A stretch of 64,000 bases of DNA. Source: a bacterium. Lineage in GTDB: Bacteria; RBG-13-61-14; DATKZS01. Position numbers and translations under genes: made by a program. The notes under the pieces were generated by a model. That model saw nothing but the letters and a program-made list of their open reading frames with translations. It did no database searches and was not told the DNA's origin. Positions 29,527 to 41,400 of this stretch are shown piece by piece (the first letter of the stretch is position 1; every line of letters begins with the position of its first letter). The stretch lies in the NCBI GenBank assembly GCA_963674965.2, contig CAXXFL010000004.1:320001-384000 (forward strand), in the 5' to 3' direction.

Positions 29527-31630
29527 CCTTATCCTCGAGATCGGCTGCGAGGAAATCCCGGCCCGTTTCCTCGGTCCCTCCCTCGAGCGGCTGAGGGACA
29601 AAACCGCCGCCGCCCTGGACAAGGCCAGGCTCTCAAGAGGAGAGATCGAGACCCTGGGAACTCCCCGCCGCCTGGCGGTCATCGTAAGGGACCTGGCCGA
29701 GGCCCAGGAGAACTGGGAGGAGAAAAAAACCGGCCCCCTCCTCAAGCAGGCCTTCGCCGAGGACGGTTCTCCCACCAAGGCCGCCATAGGGTTCGCCAGG
29801 TCCTGCGGCGCCTCGGTCGAGGAACTCGGGAGGGAGGACTCCCCCAAGGGCGAGAAGCTGGTATTCGTGAAAAAGGTGGAAGGAAGGAAAGCCGGCCAGG
29901 TGCTGCCCGAGCTTCTGCCTGAAATAATCTCGTCGCTCGAGTTTCCCAAATCCATGAGATGGGGAAAGGGAGAGATGACCTTCGCCCGTCCCATCCACTG
30001 GATACTGGCCATGCTGGGCGATAAAACCGTTTCCCTCGAGCTTGGCGGACTTCAGTCGGGCAACTCGAGCCGGGGGCATCGGTTCACTCATCCCGATCCC
30101 TTCTCGGTGAAAGGAGCGGGTGATTACGTCTCGAGCCTTATGGAGCGGGACGTCCTCGTGGACCCGGCCGCGCGGCGGGAGATCATCGTCAGGGAGGCGA
30201 GCAAAAAGGCCAAGGAACTTGGCGGCGAGCTGGCGCCCGATCCCGGTCTCATCGGCGAGGTATCGAACCTGGTCGAGCGGCCGGTGGTGATAGCGGGCAA
30301 GTTCGACGACAAATACCTCTCCCTTCCCCCCGAGGTGACCGTCTCCTGCATGCGGACTCACCAGAAGTATTTCGCGGTGAGAAAGCCCGGCTCGGAAAAG
30401 GAGCTTTTGCCCTATTTCATCGCCGTGGCCAACACTCCGGCCAAAGACATGGGAGTCATCGTGAAGGGCAACGAGCGGGTGCTCGAGGCCAGGCTGGCCG
30501 ACGCCGAGTTCTATTGGGACGAGGACCTTAAGACCGGGCTCGAGCGGATGAAGGAAAAGACCTCGGGCATGGTCTTTTTCAAGACCCTCGGTTCCTACGC
30601 CGACAAGATGGAGAGGACCGCGAAAATATGCGAGCGCCTGGCCCTCGAGCTTTTCCCCGACGACGCGTCCATCCGGGACGCGGCGGTCAAGGCGGCCCAG
30701 TATTCCAAGGCCGACCTGGTCAGCCAGATGGTAGGCGAGTTCCCCGAGCTTCAGGGCGTGATGGGAGGCGAGTACGCCCTGGCCGCCGGCCTGGACAGGG
30801 ACGCGGCCGAGGCCATCCGCGACCAGTACCTTCCCCGCTCGGCCGAGGACGTGGCCCAGGGCAATTACGCCCTGACCCCCGCGGGCGACGCGCTGAGCGC
30901 CGCCGACAAGATCGACTCCCTGGTGGCCTGCTGGGCCGCGGGCCTGGCCCCCAGCGGCTCGGGCGACCCCTTCGCCCTCCGCCGGCAGGCCCAGGGCGTG
31001 GTGAACCTCATCCTGGCCAAGGGCTACGCGGCCAACCTGGCCGGCCTGGTCGAGCTGGCGGCGGGCCTTCTGCCCGAGGGCCTCAAGATCGCCGGCGAGG
31101 AACTGGCGAAACAAGTGCTCGACTTCATCCTCACCAGGGTCCGCGTCCAGCTTATCGAGTCCGGCTACGCCTACGACGTGGTCGACGCCTGCCTCGCGGT
31201 CTTCAATGGAGACCTTGTAACCACCATGCAAAAGATAGAGGCGGTCTCGAGGCTCAAGGAAAGGGAGGACTTCGACGACTTGATGCTCGCCTTCCGCCGG
31301 GTCATGAACATCATCGAGGGACAACCCGGCATGGTCGAGAGCGACGCCTTCGAGCACCAGAGCGAGGCGGTCCTCTACAGCGAGTACACCAGGGTCCAGA
31401 TTCGCGTCGAGCCCCTCTTGTCGGTGGGCAAATACGACGACGCCCTCGAGTTCATGGCCAGCCTCAAACCGGCGGTCGATAAATTTTTTGACGATGTGAT
31501 GGTAAACGTTGACGACGAGCGGCTGAGAAGGAACCGGCACGCCATCTGCTCGGTAATCGCCTCCCTGTTCAAGGAAGTGGCGGACTTCTCGCTCATCGTC
31601 GTCCAGGGCGACAAGGCGGGCGGCGGATAA
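29516..31630 (+). CDS. glyS: Glycyl-tRNA synthetase beta subunit
   Basis: [40 protein letters not shown]. Confidence 0.98.
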   Translation: MGNDLILEIGCEEIPARFLGPSLERLRDKTAAALDKARLSRGEIETLGTPRRLAVIVRDLAEAQENWEEKKTGPLLKQAFAEDGSPTKAAIGFARSCGASVEELGREDSPKGEKLVFVKKVEGRKAGQVLPELLPEIISSLEFPKSMRWGKGEMTFARPIHWILAMLGDKTVSLELGGLQSGNSSRGHRFTHPDPFSVKGAGDYVSSLMERDVLVDPAARREIIVREASKKAKELGGELAPDPGLIGEVSNLVERPVVIAGKFDDKYLSLPPEVTVSCMRTHQKYFAVRKPGSEKELLPYFIAVANTPAKDMGVIVKGNERVLEARLADAEFYWDEDLKTGLERMKEKTSGMVFFKTLGSYADKMERTAKICERLALELFPDDASIRDAAVKAAQYSKADLVSQMVGEFPELQGVMGGEYALAAGLDRDAAEAIRDQYLPRSAEDVAQGNYALTPAGDALSAADKIDSLVACWAAGLAPSGSGDPFALRRQAQGVVNLILAKGYAANLAGLVELAAGLLPEGLKIAGEELAKQVLDFILTRVRVQLIESGYAYDVVDACLAVFNGDLVTTMQKIEAVSRLKEREDFDDLMLAFRRVMNIIEGQPGMVESDAFEHQSEAVLYSEYTRVQIRVEPLLSVGKYDDALEFMASLKPAVDKFFDDVMVNVDDERLRRNRHAICSVIASLFKEVADFSLIVVQGDKAGGG

Positions 31631-31672
31631 AGCGATCGAGGCCTTGCATCATCGGCACGGAAGGAGAGGAAA

Positions 31673-34591
31673 GTGAGCAAGAAATTCGTATATTTCTTTG
31701 GCGGGTCAAAGGCCGAGGGCGACGCTTCGATGAAGGAGTTGCTCGGCGGAAAAGGCGCCAACCTGGCCGAGATGGTCAACCTCGGCATGCCGGTGCCTCC
31801 CGGTTTTACCATTACCACCGAGGTCTGCACTTATTTCATGCAGAAGCAGAAGTATCCGCCGGCGATGAAGGAGGAGATCAAGGAGGCCCTGGCCCGGGTC
31901 GAGGAGATCATGGACGCCAGGTTCGGCGACACCTACAACCCCCTTCTCGTCAGCGTCAGGTCCGGCGCCCGTCAGAGCATGCCTGGAATGATGGACACGG
32001 TCCTAAACGTGGGGCTGAACAAGCAGACCCTGCAGGGCATCATCGACAAGACGGGCAACCCCAGGTTCGGCTGGGACTCCTACCGCCGCTTCATCCAGAT
32101 GTATACCAACGTGGTCATGGGGGTCTCGGGCCACGAGCTCGAGGAAATCCTCGAGGGCTTCAAGAAAAAGAAGAAAGCCCTGCGCGACGTCGAGCTTTCG
32201 GCCGAGGACCTCGAGGAACTGGTCGAGCTTTACAAGAAACGCCTGGGCGAGTTGGGGGTGACCTTCCCCGAGAAGCCCATGGACCAGCTATATGGCGCCA
32301 TCGGGGCCGTGTTCGAGTCCTGGAACACCCCCCGCGCCATCACCTACAGGAAGCTCAACGACATACCCGAGGACTGGGGCACCGCCTGCAACGTGCAGAG
32401 CATGGTCTTCGGCAACATGGGCGACAGCTCGGCCACGGGCGTGGCCTTTACCCGCGACCCGGCCACCGGGGAGGGCAGGTTCTTCGGCGAGTGGCTTCCC
32501 AACGCCCAGGGGGAGGACGTGGTGGCGGGCATCCGCACTCCTTACCCCATCAACCAGAAGAATAAAAAGTCAGACAAGGACGTCTCACTCGAGGAGTACA
32601 TGCCCAGCGCCTACAACCAACTGGTGCGGATTTACAAAAGGCTCGAGAAACATTACAGGGACATGCAGGACATCGAGTTCACCATCCAGGAAAAGAAGCT
32701 TTGGATGCTTCAGACCCGGGTGGGAAAGCGCACCGGCTTCGCCGCCGTCCGGATGGCGGTCGAGATGTGCGACGAGAAACTCATCGACAAGCGGGAGGCC
32801 GTGAAGAGGGTGACGCCCGAGGCCCTGATCCAGCTTCTGGCGCCCATCTTCGACGTCTCGGAGAAGAAGAAGTCCATATCCGCGGGCAAGTTCCTGGCCA
32901 AGGGACTGAACGCGGGTCCCGGCGCCGCCACGGGAAGGGTGGTTTTCTCGGCGGACAAGGCCGCGGCCCAGGCGAAAAAGGGTCCCGTCCTTCTGGTCAG
33001 GCTCGAGACCAGCCCCGAGGACATCCATGGAATGGCCGTGGCCCAGGGCATACTCACCGCCAGGGGAGGAATGACCTCGCACGCCGCCCTCGTGGCCAGG
33101 GGCATGGGAAAACCATGCGTGGTGGGATGCAAGGACCTGGACATTAACTATAAGGCCAACAAGATGACCGTGGCGGGCAAGACCGTCAAGGAGGGAGACT
33201 GGCTCTCCATCGACGGCACGACCGGAGAGGTGCTCCTGGGCCAGCTTAAGACTTTCCCCTCCGAGGTGGTCCAGGTCCTCATCAACAAGAAGATTAAACC
33301 CGACAAGTCGGTGGTGTACCAAAACTTCGAGAAGATACTGTCCTGGGGCAACGAGTACCGGAGGCTGGGAGTGCGCTGCAACTCGGACACGCCGGCCGAC
33401 ACCGAGGCGGGAAGGCTCTTCGGCGCCGAGGGCATCGGCCTTTGCCGCACCGAGCACATGTTCTTCGAGGGCAACCGCATCGACGCGGTGCGCGAGATGA
33501 TCCTGGCCGACGACGCCGCGGGCAGGAAAAAGGCCCTGGCCAAGATTCTTCCCATGCAGAAGAAGGACTTCGTCGGCATCTTCAAGGCCATGCCGGGAAT
33601 GCCCATAACCATACGCCTTCTCGACCCGCCCCTCCACGAGTTCCTGCCCCATGAGGACAAGGAAATCAACGCCCTGGCCAAGAAGATGAAGGTGGGGCCC
33701 GCCCAGTTGAAGGCCAAAGTGGCCCAGCTTCACGAGTTCAATCCCATGCTCGGGCACCGGGGATGCAGGCTGGCCATCACATATCCCGAGATTTACAACC
33801 TCCAGGTAAGGGCCATTATGGAGGCCGCGGTCCAGGTCAAGAAGCTGAACAAGATCGACCCCAAGGTCGAGATCATGGTACCACTGGTGGGACACCCGAA
33901 AGAGCTGTCCATCCTGCGGGAAAGGTCCGAGGCCATCATAAAGGAAATTCTCGAGAACGCGGGACTCCAGATAGACTATCACATCGGGACCATGGTCGAG
34001 CTGCCAAGGGCCGTCATCGCGGCCGACAAGGTAGCCGAGCACGCCGACTTCTTCAGCTTCGGCACCAACGACCTCACCCAGACCACCCTCGGCATGAGCC
34101 GGGACGACTCGGGGTCCTTCCTGCCCGATTACGTGGACCAGGGAATATACCAGCATGATCCCTTCAACACCATCGACCAGGAAGGCGTGGGGCTCATGAT
34201 GGAACTCGGCATCGAAAAGGGAAGAAAAACCAACCCCAAGCTCAAGATAGGCATCTGTGGCGAACACGGCGGGGAAACCGAGTCGGTGGTCTTCTGCCAT
34301 AAATTGGGACTCGACTACGTGAGCTGCTCCCCCTACCGCGTGCCCGTGGCCATTATGGCCGCGGCCCAGGCGGCCCTCGTCGATATGGTCGAGAAGAAAA
34401 AAGAAGAACAGCGCGAAAAGGCCAAACAAAAGGCCAAGGTCAAAAAAGCCGCCGAGGCCGCTAAAAAACAGGCCAAGAAAAAACCGGCCCGGCCGCTTCG
34501 TTTCCCGCCGGCCGCCAAGAAAGCCCAGGAAACCAAGACGGCCAAGCCGGACAAGGCGGACAAGGCGGACAAGGCGAAAAAGAAAAAATAA
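31673..34591 (+). CDS. ppdK: Pyruvate, phosphate dikinase with Lys/Ala-rich C-terminal extension
   Basis: LLGGKGANLAEM, GGMTSHAA, GIGLCRTEHMF, GICGEHGG, YVSCSPYRVP. Confidence 0.99.
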   Translation: MSKKFVYFFGGSKAEGDASMKELLGGKGANLAEMVNLGMPVPPGFTITTEVCTYFMQKQKYPPAMKEEIKEALARVEEIMDARFGDTYNPLLVSVRSGARQSMPGMMDTVLNVGLNKQTLQGIIDKTGNPRFGWDSYRRFIQMYTNVVMGVSGHELEEILEGFKKKKKALRDVELSAEDLEELVELYKKRLGELGVTFPEKPMDQLYGAIGAVFESWNTPRAITYRKLNDIPEDWGTACNVQSMVFGNMGDSSATGVAFTRDPATGEGRFFGEWLPNAQGEDVVAGIRTPYPINQKNKKSDKDVSLEEYMPSAYNQLVRIYKRLEKHYRDMQDIEFTIQEKKLWMLQTRVGKRTGFAAVRMAVEMCDEKLIDKREAVKRVTPEALIQLLAPIFDVSEKKKSISAGKFLAKGLNAGPGAATGRVVFSADKAAAQAKKGPVLLVRLETSPEDIHGMAVAQGILTARGGMTSHAALVARGMGKPCVVGCKDLDINYKANKMTVAGKTVKEGDWLSIDGTTGEVLLGQLKTFPSEVVQVLINKKIKPDKSVVYQNFEKILSWGNEYRRLGVRCNSDTPADTEAGRLFGAEGIGLCRTEHMFFEGNRIDAVREMILADDAAGRKKALAKILPMQKKDFVGIFKAMPGMPITIRLLDPPLHEFLPHEDKEINALAKKMKVGPAQLKAKVAQLHEFNPMLGHRGCRLAITYPEIYNLQVRAIMEAAVQVKKLNKIDPKVEIMVPLVGHPKELSILRERSEAIIKEILENAGLQIDYHIGTMVELPRAVIAADKVAEHADFFSFGTNDLTQTTLGMSRDDSGSFLPDYVDQGIYQHDPFNTIDQEGVGLMMELGIEKGRKTNPKLKIGICGEHGGETESVVFCHKLGLDYVSCSPYRVPVAIMAAAQAALVDMVEKKKEEQREKAKQKAKVKKAAEAAKKQAKKKPARPLRFPPAAKKAQETKTAKPDKADKADKAKKKK

Positions 34592-34618
34592 GCCCGGCCC
34601 GCGTAAACCGTTCCTGAA

Positions 34619-34647
34619 GCGGAGCGGCTCCGGGCCGCTCCGTTTTT
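34619..34647 (+). terminator. Intrinsic terminator after ppdK
   Basis: GCGGAGCGGC-TCCGG-GCCGCTCCGT-TTTT. Confidence 0.8.
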
Positions 34648-34690
34648 ACTTCGATACGGGTCGAGGGGACCCCTGGAGGATTGCCGATAG

Positions 34691-35485
34691 ATGAGGGCCC
34701 AAAAAAATATCAGCCAAAGGCAGTGGGGCAAGAGCGAGATATCCGGTGGGAGGCACGCTTTCAGAATCTCTCTTCTGGTGGAGGAAATATCGAGATTGCC
34801 CTCCCCCTCCGGCAAGGCCCTTGACGCGGGCAGCGGAGACGGGACGCTCACGCTCGAGCTTTTGAAAATGGGCCTTGCGGTCTCCGCAGTGGACGCCTCG
34901 ATCGATTGCCTCGAGCGGCTCCGTGAAAACCTGGCCCTGGCCGGAGAGGACATGGAATCCCCTTGCCCGCGGGTCACGATCGATCAAGCGGTCTTGACCG
35001 ACCTTCCCTTTCAGGACAATAGCTTCGACCTCGTGGTCTCCGGCGAGGTCCTCGAGCACGTCGAGGACCACCAGGCCGCCGCCGCCCAGATTGCCAGGGT
35101 CATGAAGCCCGGCGCCGCGCTGGTGGTCAGCGTTCCCGCCAACCCCGACCTCTTCAGCGTCGAGGACGAGTGGGCCGGGCATATAAGAAGATACGAGAAA
35201 AACCAGCTCGAGGATATCTTCAGCCGGGCGGGACTCGAGACCGTAAGGCTTTATCACTGGGGCTGGCCCGTCACGTATCTTTACGTCCGGCTCCTTTTCG
35301 TGCCGTGGCTGAAGCTGAGGGCGAAAAAGGGTGACCCCGACCGGAGCCGGGCCAAGAAAGCCGCCTCCCATCCCGCGGCCGTGAGGATCATGTCGGCCTT
35401 CTTCTCCATCGACCGCCTCTTCCTGGGACTGCCCTGGGGAATCGGACTTATCGGGGTCTTCAGAAAAAAAGAAACGCCGGAGTGA
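34691..35485 (+). CDS. Class I SAM-dependent methyltransferase
   Basis: ALDAGSGDG, LPFQDNSFDLV, EVLEHV, GHIRRY. Confidence 0.88.
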   Translation: MRAQKNISQRQWGKSEISGGRHAFRISLLVEEISRLPSPSGKALDAGSGDGTLTLELLKMGLAVSAVDASIDCLERLRENLALAGEDMESPCPRVTIDQAVLTDLPFQDNSFDLVVSGEVLEHVEDHQAAAAQIARVMKPGAALVVSVPANPDLFSVEDEWAGHIRRYEKNQLEDIFSRAGLETVRLYHWGWPVTYLYVRLLFVPWLKLRAKKGDPDRSRAKKAASHPAAVRIMSAFFSIDRLFLGLPWGIGLIGVFRKKETPE

Positions 35486-35520
35486 AACAATCCACCCCGG
35501 CGAGAAAAAAGCTCTCCAGA

Positions 35521-36369
35521 TCAGGTCTGGGTAAACATGGGGGTGTCAACCATGTGCTCCATGATGTACCTGCTGGTGCTGCCCATCAGGACCTCCCAAA
35601 TCTTCGAGACGCTGTGAATACCGATCACCGCCAGGTCTATGCCCTCCATGCCGGCGTAGTTCACTATCGCCTGCCCCGGGTTGTCGCCGTGGAGTATCTT
35701 GGACTTGACCGACATGCCGTGAACGTTGAAATATTCCTCGATCTCGGCGGGGAACTTCTTGCCGCCTCCGTTGTTGTGCTCGGGGGAAGCGTGAACGAGA
35801 TGGATTTCCGCCCCCGGAAAAGGATTGAGATGAACGTAGTTGAATAAAAGGCGGTCCGACAGCCGCTGAAGATCGAGCGCTATCATCACCTTCTTCACTT
35901 CTTTCTTCTTCTCGCTGGCCAGCATGAGGGGACGAAAGGAGCGGGCAAGCACCTCCTCCGCCGCGTTGCAGAACTGCCCGTCCGGAAGACCGCAGGTAAA
36001 ACGCGTCCTGCGGCCCATGATCACCAGGTCGCAAAGGGTCGAGTGCTTGAGTATCTCCTGGGTGGGGCTTCCCTCCACCAGGGACGCCTTGTACTTCACG
36101 CCGTGTTTCTCGCATATCTTGACCAACTGGTCCCGGGCCTTCTCCGCGAAGCCCTTGGCCTCGAGTATGGCCTTCTCGTAGTGCTCCTTGCCCGACGAGC
36201 CGGCCCCGAGGGGACGGGGCGAATGGTACGCCGTCTCGATGTCATAGGTGTCGGCTATCACCATCCCCAATACCTTGGCCTCGTGTATCTTCGCCAACTC
36301 GCATGCGTGCTCGGCCGCGCTCTCCGCGTACTCGCCATCGTCCATGGCGACCATTAACTGCTTTATCAT
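35521..36369 (-). CDS. Universal stress protein (tandem USP domains)
   Basis: LMVAMDD, DLVIMGRR, DLAVIG..VLMGSTSRYI. Confidence 0.9.
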   Translation of the reverse strand: MIKQLMVAMDDGEYAESAAEHACELAKIHEAKVLGMVIADTYDIETAYHSPRPLGAGSSGKEHYEKAILEAKGFAEKARDQLVKICEKHGVKYKASLVEGSPTQEILKHSTLCDLVIMGRRTRFTCGLPDGQFCNAAEEVLARSFRPLMLASEKKKEVKKVMIALDLQRLSDRLLFNYVHLNPFPGAEIHLVHASPEHNNGGGKKFPAEIEEYFNVHGMSVKSKILHGDNPGQAIVNYAGMEGIDLAVIGIHSVSKIWEVLMGSTSRYIMEHMVDTPMFTQT

Positions 36370-36661
36370 GAAAGAAATCCTCCTTAACTCGCTGCTGGGA
36401 GAATTATAGTTAATCTTTTGGACGGGAGCAAATGCAAAAGGTCAAGACCGGGCCGAAATAACCCCCGCCGCGCTTTTAACCGTTTATTAAATAGGCAAAA
36501 TCATGTTTGACAGACTAAGGCCGCGCCTTTATAATATGCAGAGCACGAAAAAATATACATTCGCGGACAAGCGGCCCAAGGCCGCCTCAACCGGCCGCGA
36601 AACGGGCGCTTCCAAGCAACGAAACGCCCAAATAGAGCGCTTTCCAATGAGGAGGTTACTT

Positions 36662-37999
36662 ATGCTGATGCGAAACGTTACAAGGGCTCTTTCCTATCCA
36701 TTCCAGATGATAGCTTTGACGGCTCTCGCCGCCGCGCTGGCTTTGCCGGCGCCGGCCTCGAGCGAGACCTACGCCCGTCCCGGCCAGGCCCGGGCCCACA
36801 TGGCCAAGGCCGCCAAGGCCGCCAAGGACGGCGAGTGCGAGGTCATGCGCTCGGAGCTGGCCGAGGCCGCCCGCCATGGCGTCTCCGTCGATCCCGGCGT
36901 GGCCCGGGAGTGGGGCTTCAAATGCGGGGTCCCCCTTAACGACGGCGTGTACTACTCGATGAACCTGACCAGCATGTCCGTCTCCGAGTCCGGAGAGGCC
37001 GCCGCCGCCGCCACCGCCGACGGCAAGGTCTTCATCTTCGACCTCTACGAGTCGAGGAGCGTGGCCCACTGGAACACCGGACTCTCCGAGGTCAAGAGCC
37101 TCGACTTCGCCCCCGACGGGTCCATGACCGCCGCCGGAGGCGACAAGTCGGTCGTCGTCTTCGACCCCAGGTCCAGGCGCGAGGTTTGGCGCGCCGAGAT
37201 GCCGGCCTTCGTCGACCAGGTCCGGTTCTCCCCCGACGGCAAGGCCCTGGTCGTGGGCATGAACAAGTTCACAGGAGGATCGGACGCCGGCATCAACCTC
37301 GAGGGCTTCGTCTCCTATATCAGCCTCCGCGACCCCGCCAGGACCGTGGACATGAAGTCGGTCTCAGGAAACCCCGCCGTGCTCGCCATTACCGCCGACG
37401 GGCAGCGCATCATCGGACTGTGCTGGTCCAAGAGGTACAGCTTCAGCACCGTCGCCAGCGTCCGCGTATGGGACGCGGCCCAGGGCAACCTGATACTCGA
37501 GCGCGAGATCAGGTCCTCCACCATGTACCCGGCCCACATCTCGAGGGACGGGAAAATCCTCGCCTACTCGAAGCTGCGGGACGAGGCCATCGACGCCAAC
37601 CGCAAGACCCTCGACCGGGAGGGGAGGATCAAGGACCCCTCCAAGTTCAGGACCTCCGCCTGGCTCCGCGACAAGGACTCCTACCAGGCCGTGGCCCAGG
37701 ACGTCTTCGGGGGAGGGGAAACCCCCATCATCAGCGGAAAGTACCTCCTCGGAGTTGACGACGCCGGAAAGTACGCCGCCGTCATCGACGCCAAAGGAAA
37801 CGCCCTCTTCGAGGAAATCGGCGTCGGACGCGTGTTCGACGTCAACGTCGAGTCCGGAGCGCTCGACGGAGCGGAAAAGCCCCTCGTCTCCATCGGCAGC
37901 GGGGTCATGGTCTTCGGAGCCACCAACGACGAGCTCCAAAGGTTCGGATGGCTGCGAAACGAAATCCCCTCCCCGAAAAAAGTCGCCGGCGCCATGTAA
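36662..37999 (+). CDS. Secreted WD40-like beta-propeller protein
   Basis: AGGAGG SD before ATG 36662; hydrophobic leader; FAPDG, FSPDG, ITADG, VRVWD blades. Confidence 0.75.
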   Translation: MLMRNVTRALSYPFQMIALTALAAALALPAPASSETYARPGQARAHMAKAAKAAKDGECEVMRSELAEAARHGVSVDPGVAREWGFKCGVPLNDGVYYSMNLTSMSVSESGEAAAAATADGKVFIFDLYESRSVAHWNTGLSEVKSLDFAPDGSMTAAGGDKSVVVFDPRSRREVWRAEMPAFVDQVRFSPDGKALVVGMNKFTGGSDAGINLEGFVSYISLRDPARTVDMKSVSGNPAVLAITADGQRIIGLCWSKRYSFSTVASVRVWDAAQGNLILEREIRSSTMYPAHISRDGKILAYSKLRDEAIDANRKTLDREGRIKDPSKFRTSAWLRDKDSYQAVAQDVFGGGETPIISGKYLLGVDDAGKYAAVIDAKGNALFEEIGVGRVFDVNVESGALDGAEKPLVSIGSGVMVFGATNDELQRFGWLRNEIPSPKKVAGAM

Positions 38000-38017
38000 A
38001 CCCCAAACCTACCACCC

Positions 38018-38048
38018 AACGCGGGCCCACCCGGCCCGCGTTTTTTTT
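38018..38048 (+). terminator. Intrinsic terminator
   Basis: AACGCGGGCC-N5-GGCCCGCG-T8. Confidence 0.85.
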
Positions 38049-38320
38049 AAAAAGGCCTCCTCCATTATCGCCGCCCCTTCACGTCCTCCCTATTATCGGT
38101 ACGTTTTCCGGCCAATTGTGCTCGATCGCGCGCACGGGCGCGCAAATCCGTGCTCACATATAAACTACCGTTATTATTATATAATCTCGGTTTTGATCGA
38201 AATATCGGCCTGATTTTGTGCATGGGCGTATACAAATCGTAGAAAATCGCGATTTTTCCATTTTGGGCCAAATCGAGGAAATGGAAACCGTTACGGACAC
38301 TTCCGGCATTATCGCGAAAA

Positions 38321-38336
38321 TTGGCATAAAATTTGT
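38321..38336 (+). promoter_or_regulatory. Possible sigma54 promoter
   Basis: TTGGCATAAAATTTGT (GG-N10-GT, -12 mismatch), ~90 nt before ATG 38428. Confidence 0.4.
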
Positions 38337-38427
38337 TTGTAATTCCTCGGGTTGGCGTCTATAATATAAACGGATCCAAAGACCTGCTAAAAGAAAATAA
38401 TGTCTTAGCCGCCCCAAGGAGGAGGAA

Positions 38428-41400
38428 ATGAAAACGCTCCCGATCTCGGCCAGGCAAAGGAAGATTAAATCTCTCATCCTATCCGCTCTCGTCTGCGTAA
38501 TGGCGGCGTTGCCGTTGCCGGCAGGCGCGGCCACATGGTACGTGAGCGCCACCACGGGAAACGACGCCACCGGCGACGGGTCGCAATCGGCGCCCTTCGC
38601 GAGTATCCAGTACGCCATGGGCCAAGCCTCGAGTAGCGACACGGTCCTGGTGGCCGGCGGGACCTACAATGAAACGGTAGAGGCCAAAGGCAACGTTAAA
38701 GTTTACGGAGGTCACGATCCAATCACGTGGGAAAGAAATCCTCTCGTCTTCAGGACGGTTATTGAAGGAGGTGGATTAAAATATTTTTCGTCTCATTGCC
38801 TTTTTGACGGATTCGTAATACAAAACGTAAATACTGGTTTATATGTCAAGAATAGTGGTTATGGAGCAATAAGCAATACAATCATCCGTAACGCGATCAA
38901 AGGCGTTAATATTGAAGCGACAGGGAATTATTTTTCGAATATGCTTATTAAAAATTCCCTTATTATCGGCAATGAATGGGGAATAGATACTAATCCAAGC
39001 TTGTACATTGAATGCTTTGAAGGTTATTGCGACCCTCATCACTCATGTCACTATTGGGGTTGCGAGTCTACCTTCTATAGTATTGGGTGTACAGGAATTT
39101 ATGGGGATAACGTTACAATTACGGACAATTCGAATCTTGCCTGGCTTACTCGATTTTCCGATGCGTGCTCGGCGCCAAATGGCGAGTATTGCAGTGGTAC
39201 CGCCGTGGGTTGGTTATCCGTAAGAAATTCCATATTGTATGGTAATGAAGCCGGCATAGCGGGGAATGGATCGCTTGGAGGCGACTACAATATACTCGAC
39301 CAAGACCCGTTATTCGGCGATACTTCACTGGGGGATTACGGCCTCCAATCGACTTCCCCCTGCATTGACGCGGGAGACACGGCCGAGAGTTACAAAGACC
39401 CCGACGGCTCGATAAACGACATTGGCGCCACGGGCGGGCCGGACTCGATATTCTTCGACGGCGACTACGACGGCATGCCCGACATATGGGAGGAATACTA
39501 CGGCCTCGATCCCGCCGACCCCTCCGACGCCGCCGGAGACCCCGACGCGGACGGCCTGACCAACTACCGCGAGTATCTGGCATGGAGCGATCCCGGCGTC
39601 CAGGACAATCCTTACGATACCGATAATGACGGCTTTAGTAATTGGGACGACAACTGCCCGGATCATTATAATCCAGGCCAGGAGGATGACGACACCGACG
39701 GAATAGGCGACGCGTGCGATTATGATTATGACTCAGACGGTGACGGCATGCCGAACGTGTGGGAGAACGATCATGATTGCATAATGGCGGACACGGTGGA
39801 CGCCGCTGAAAATCCCGACGGAGACGCGGTCACCAACCTGGAGGAATACCAGAATGGAACGGACCCTTGCGCTAGTAACGAATGCAGTGATGGGTTGGAC
39901 AACGACGGAGACGGCCTATCCGACCTTGACGACCCCGGCTGCGACGACCTCGCCGATGAGAGCGAGCGGGGAAGCAATATCTGCGACAACGGAGTCGACG
40001 ACGACGGCGACGGTTTGACCGATTATCCGGACGATCCGGATTGCTCGGGACCGGCGGACTCGAGTGAGTTATTAATAATCACCCCCACGCTTATAGGATC
40101 GTATGACACTCCGGACGAGGCCTGGGACGTGATGGTCGTGGGCGACTACGCCTACGTGGCGGACGACGGGGCCGGACTGCATATTATCGACGTATCGAGT
40201 CCGTCAAGCCCCGCCTTGATCGCAACTTACGATACATACCGTGCCCTTGGTATAAGCGTATCCGGTAGCCACGCCTATGTGGCGGACGGCACGGATGGTT
40301 TAAAGATAATAAATATTTCCAACCCATTCAGTCCTTATTTAGAGGGGGCGTATGACACGGCACAGGCCATAGGCCTTTACGTCTTGGGAGATTACGTATA
40401 CGTAGCGGTGCATGCATCAGGCCTTCAGATCGTCGACGCGTCCAATCCGGTCTCTCCAAGCCTTATAGGCGCTCTCAACACTTCCGGTTATTCATGTGAC
40501 GTTTGCATAGCGGGAAATTACGCTTACATGGCCGACGCGGAGGCCGGCCTGCAAATCATCGACGTCTCCAATCCCTCTTCCCCCACCCTAGTGGCCACCT
40601 ATGATACTCCCAACTACGCGCGCGGCGTTTTCGTCTCCGGTAACTACGCTTACGTGGCCGACCGCGACTCGGGTCTTCAGATTATCGACGTGTCCAATCC
40701 AGCCGCCCCAACCCTCACGGGCGCCTACAACACTCCAGGGTCGTCCAACGACGTTCAAGTTATAGGCGATTACGCTTTAGTAGCCGACGACTCTTCCGGC
40801 CTGCAAATAATCAACGTCTCCGACCCAGCCAATCCCGCCCTTGCGGCATCATATGACACCAGTGGAAGTTCCAGGGGCGTCTACTATGAAGGCGGCTACG
40901 CCTACGTGGCGGACGGCGCCGCCGGACTGCAAATAATAGCGCTTAATTTGCCGGCGCCAGATGAAGACGGCGACGGCCTTGGCGACGACGTGGACAACTG
41001 CCCGACCGTATCAAACCCCGGCCAGGAGAACGCCGACGGGGACGCCCTCGGCGACGCCTGCGACGCGTGCCCCAACGACGGAGACAATGACGCGGACAAC
41101 GACGGGGTTTGCGGGGACGTGGATAATTGTCCCGCCGTCTCGAACGCTGATCAATCCAATATTGACGGCGACGAGTATGGCGACGCCTGCGATAGTGACG
41201 CCGATAACGACGGCACCGACGACGGCTCGGACAACTGCCCTGGCGTTTATAACCCCGATCAGGGCAACATGGACGGAGATACCTTTGGCGACGCCTGCGA
41301 CGACGACAACGACGGCGACGGCATGCCCGACGCGTGGGAAAACGAGTACGCCTGCGTCAACGCCGAGTCCTTCGACGCGGACGCCAATCCCGACGGAGAC

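Noticed and set aside
26172-34429. Long antisense ORFs (553, 635, 614 aa)
   Set aside because: Shadows of high-GC3 genes (macB-like, glyS, ppdK).
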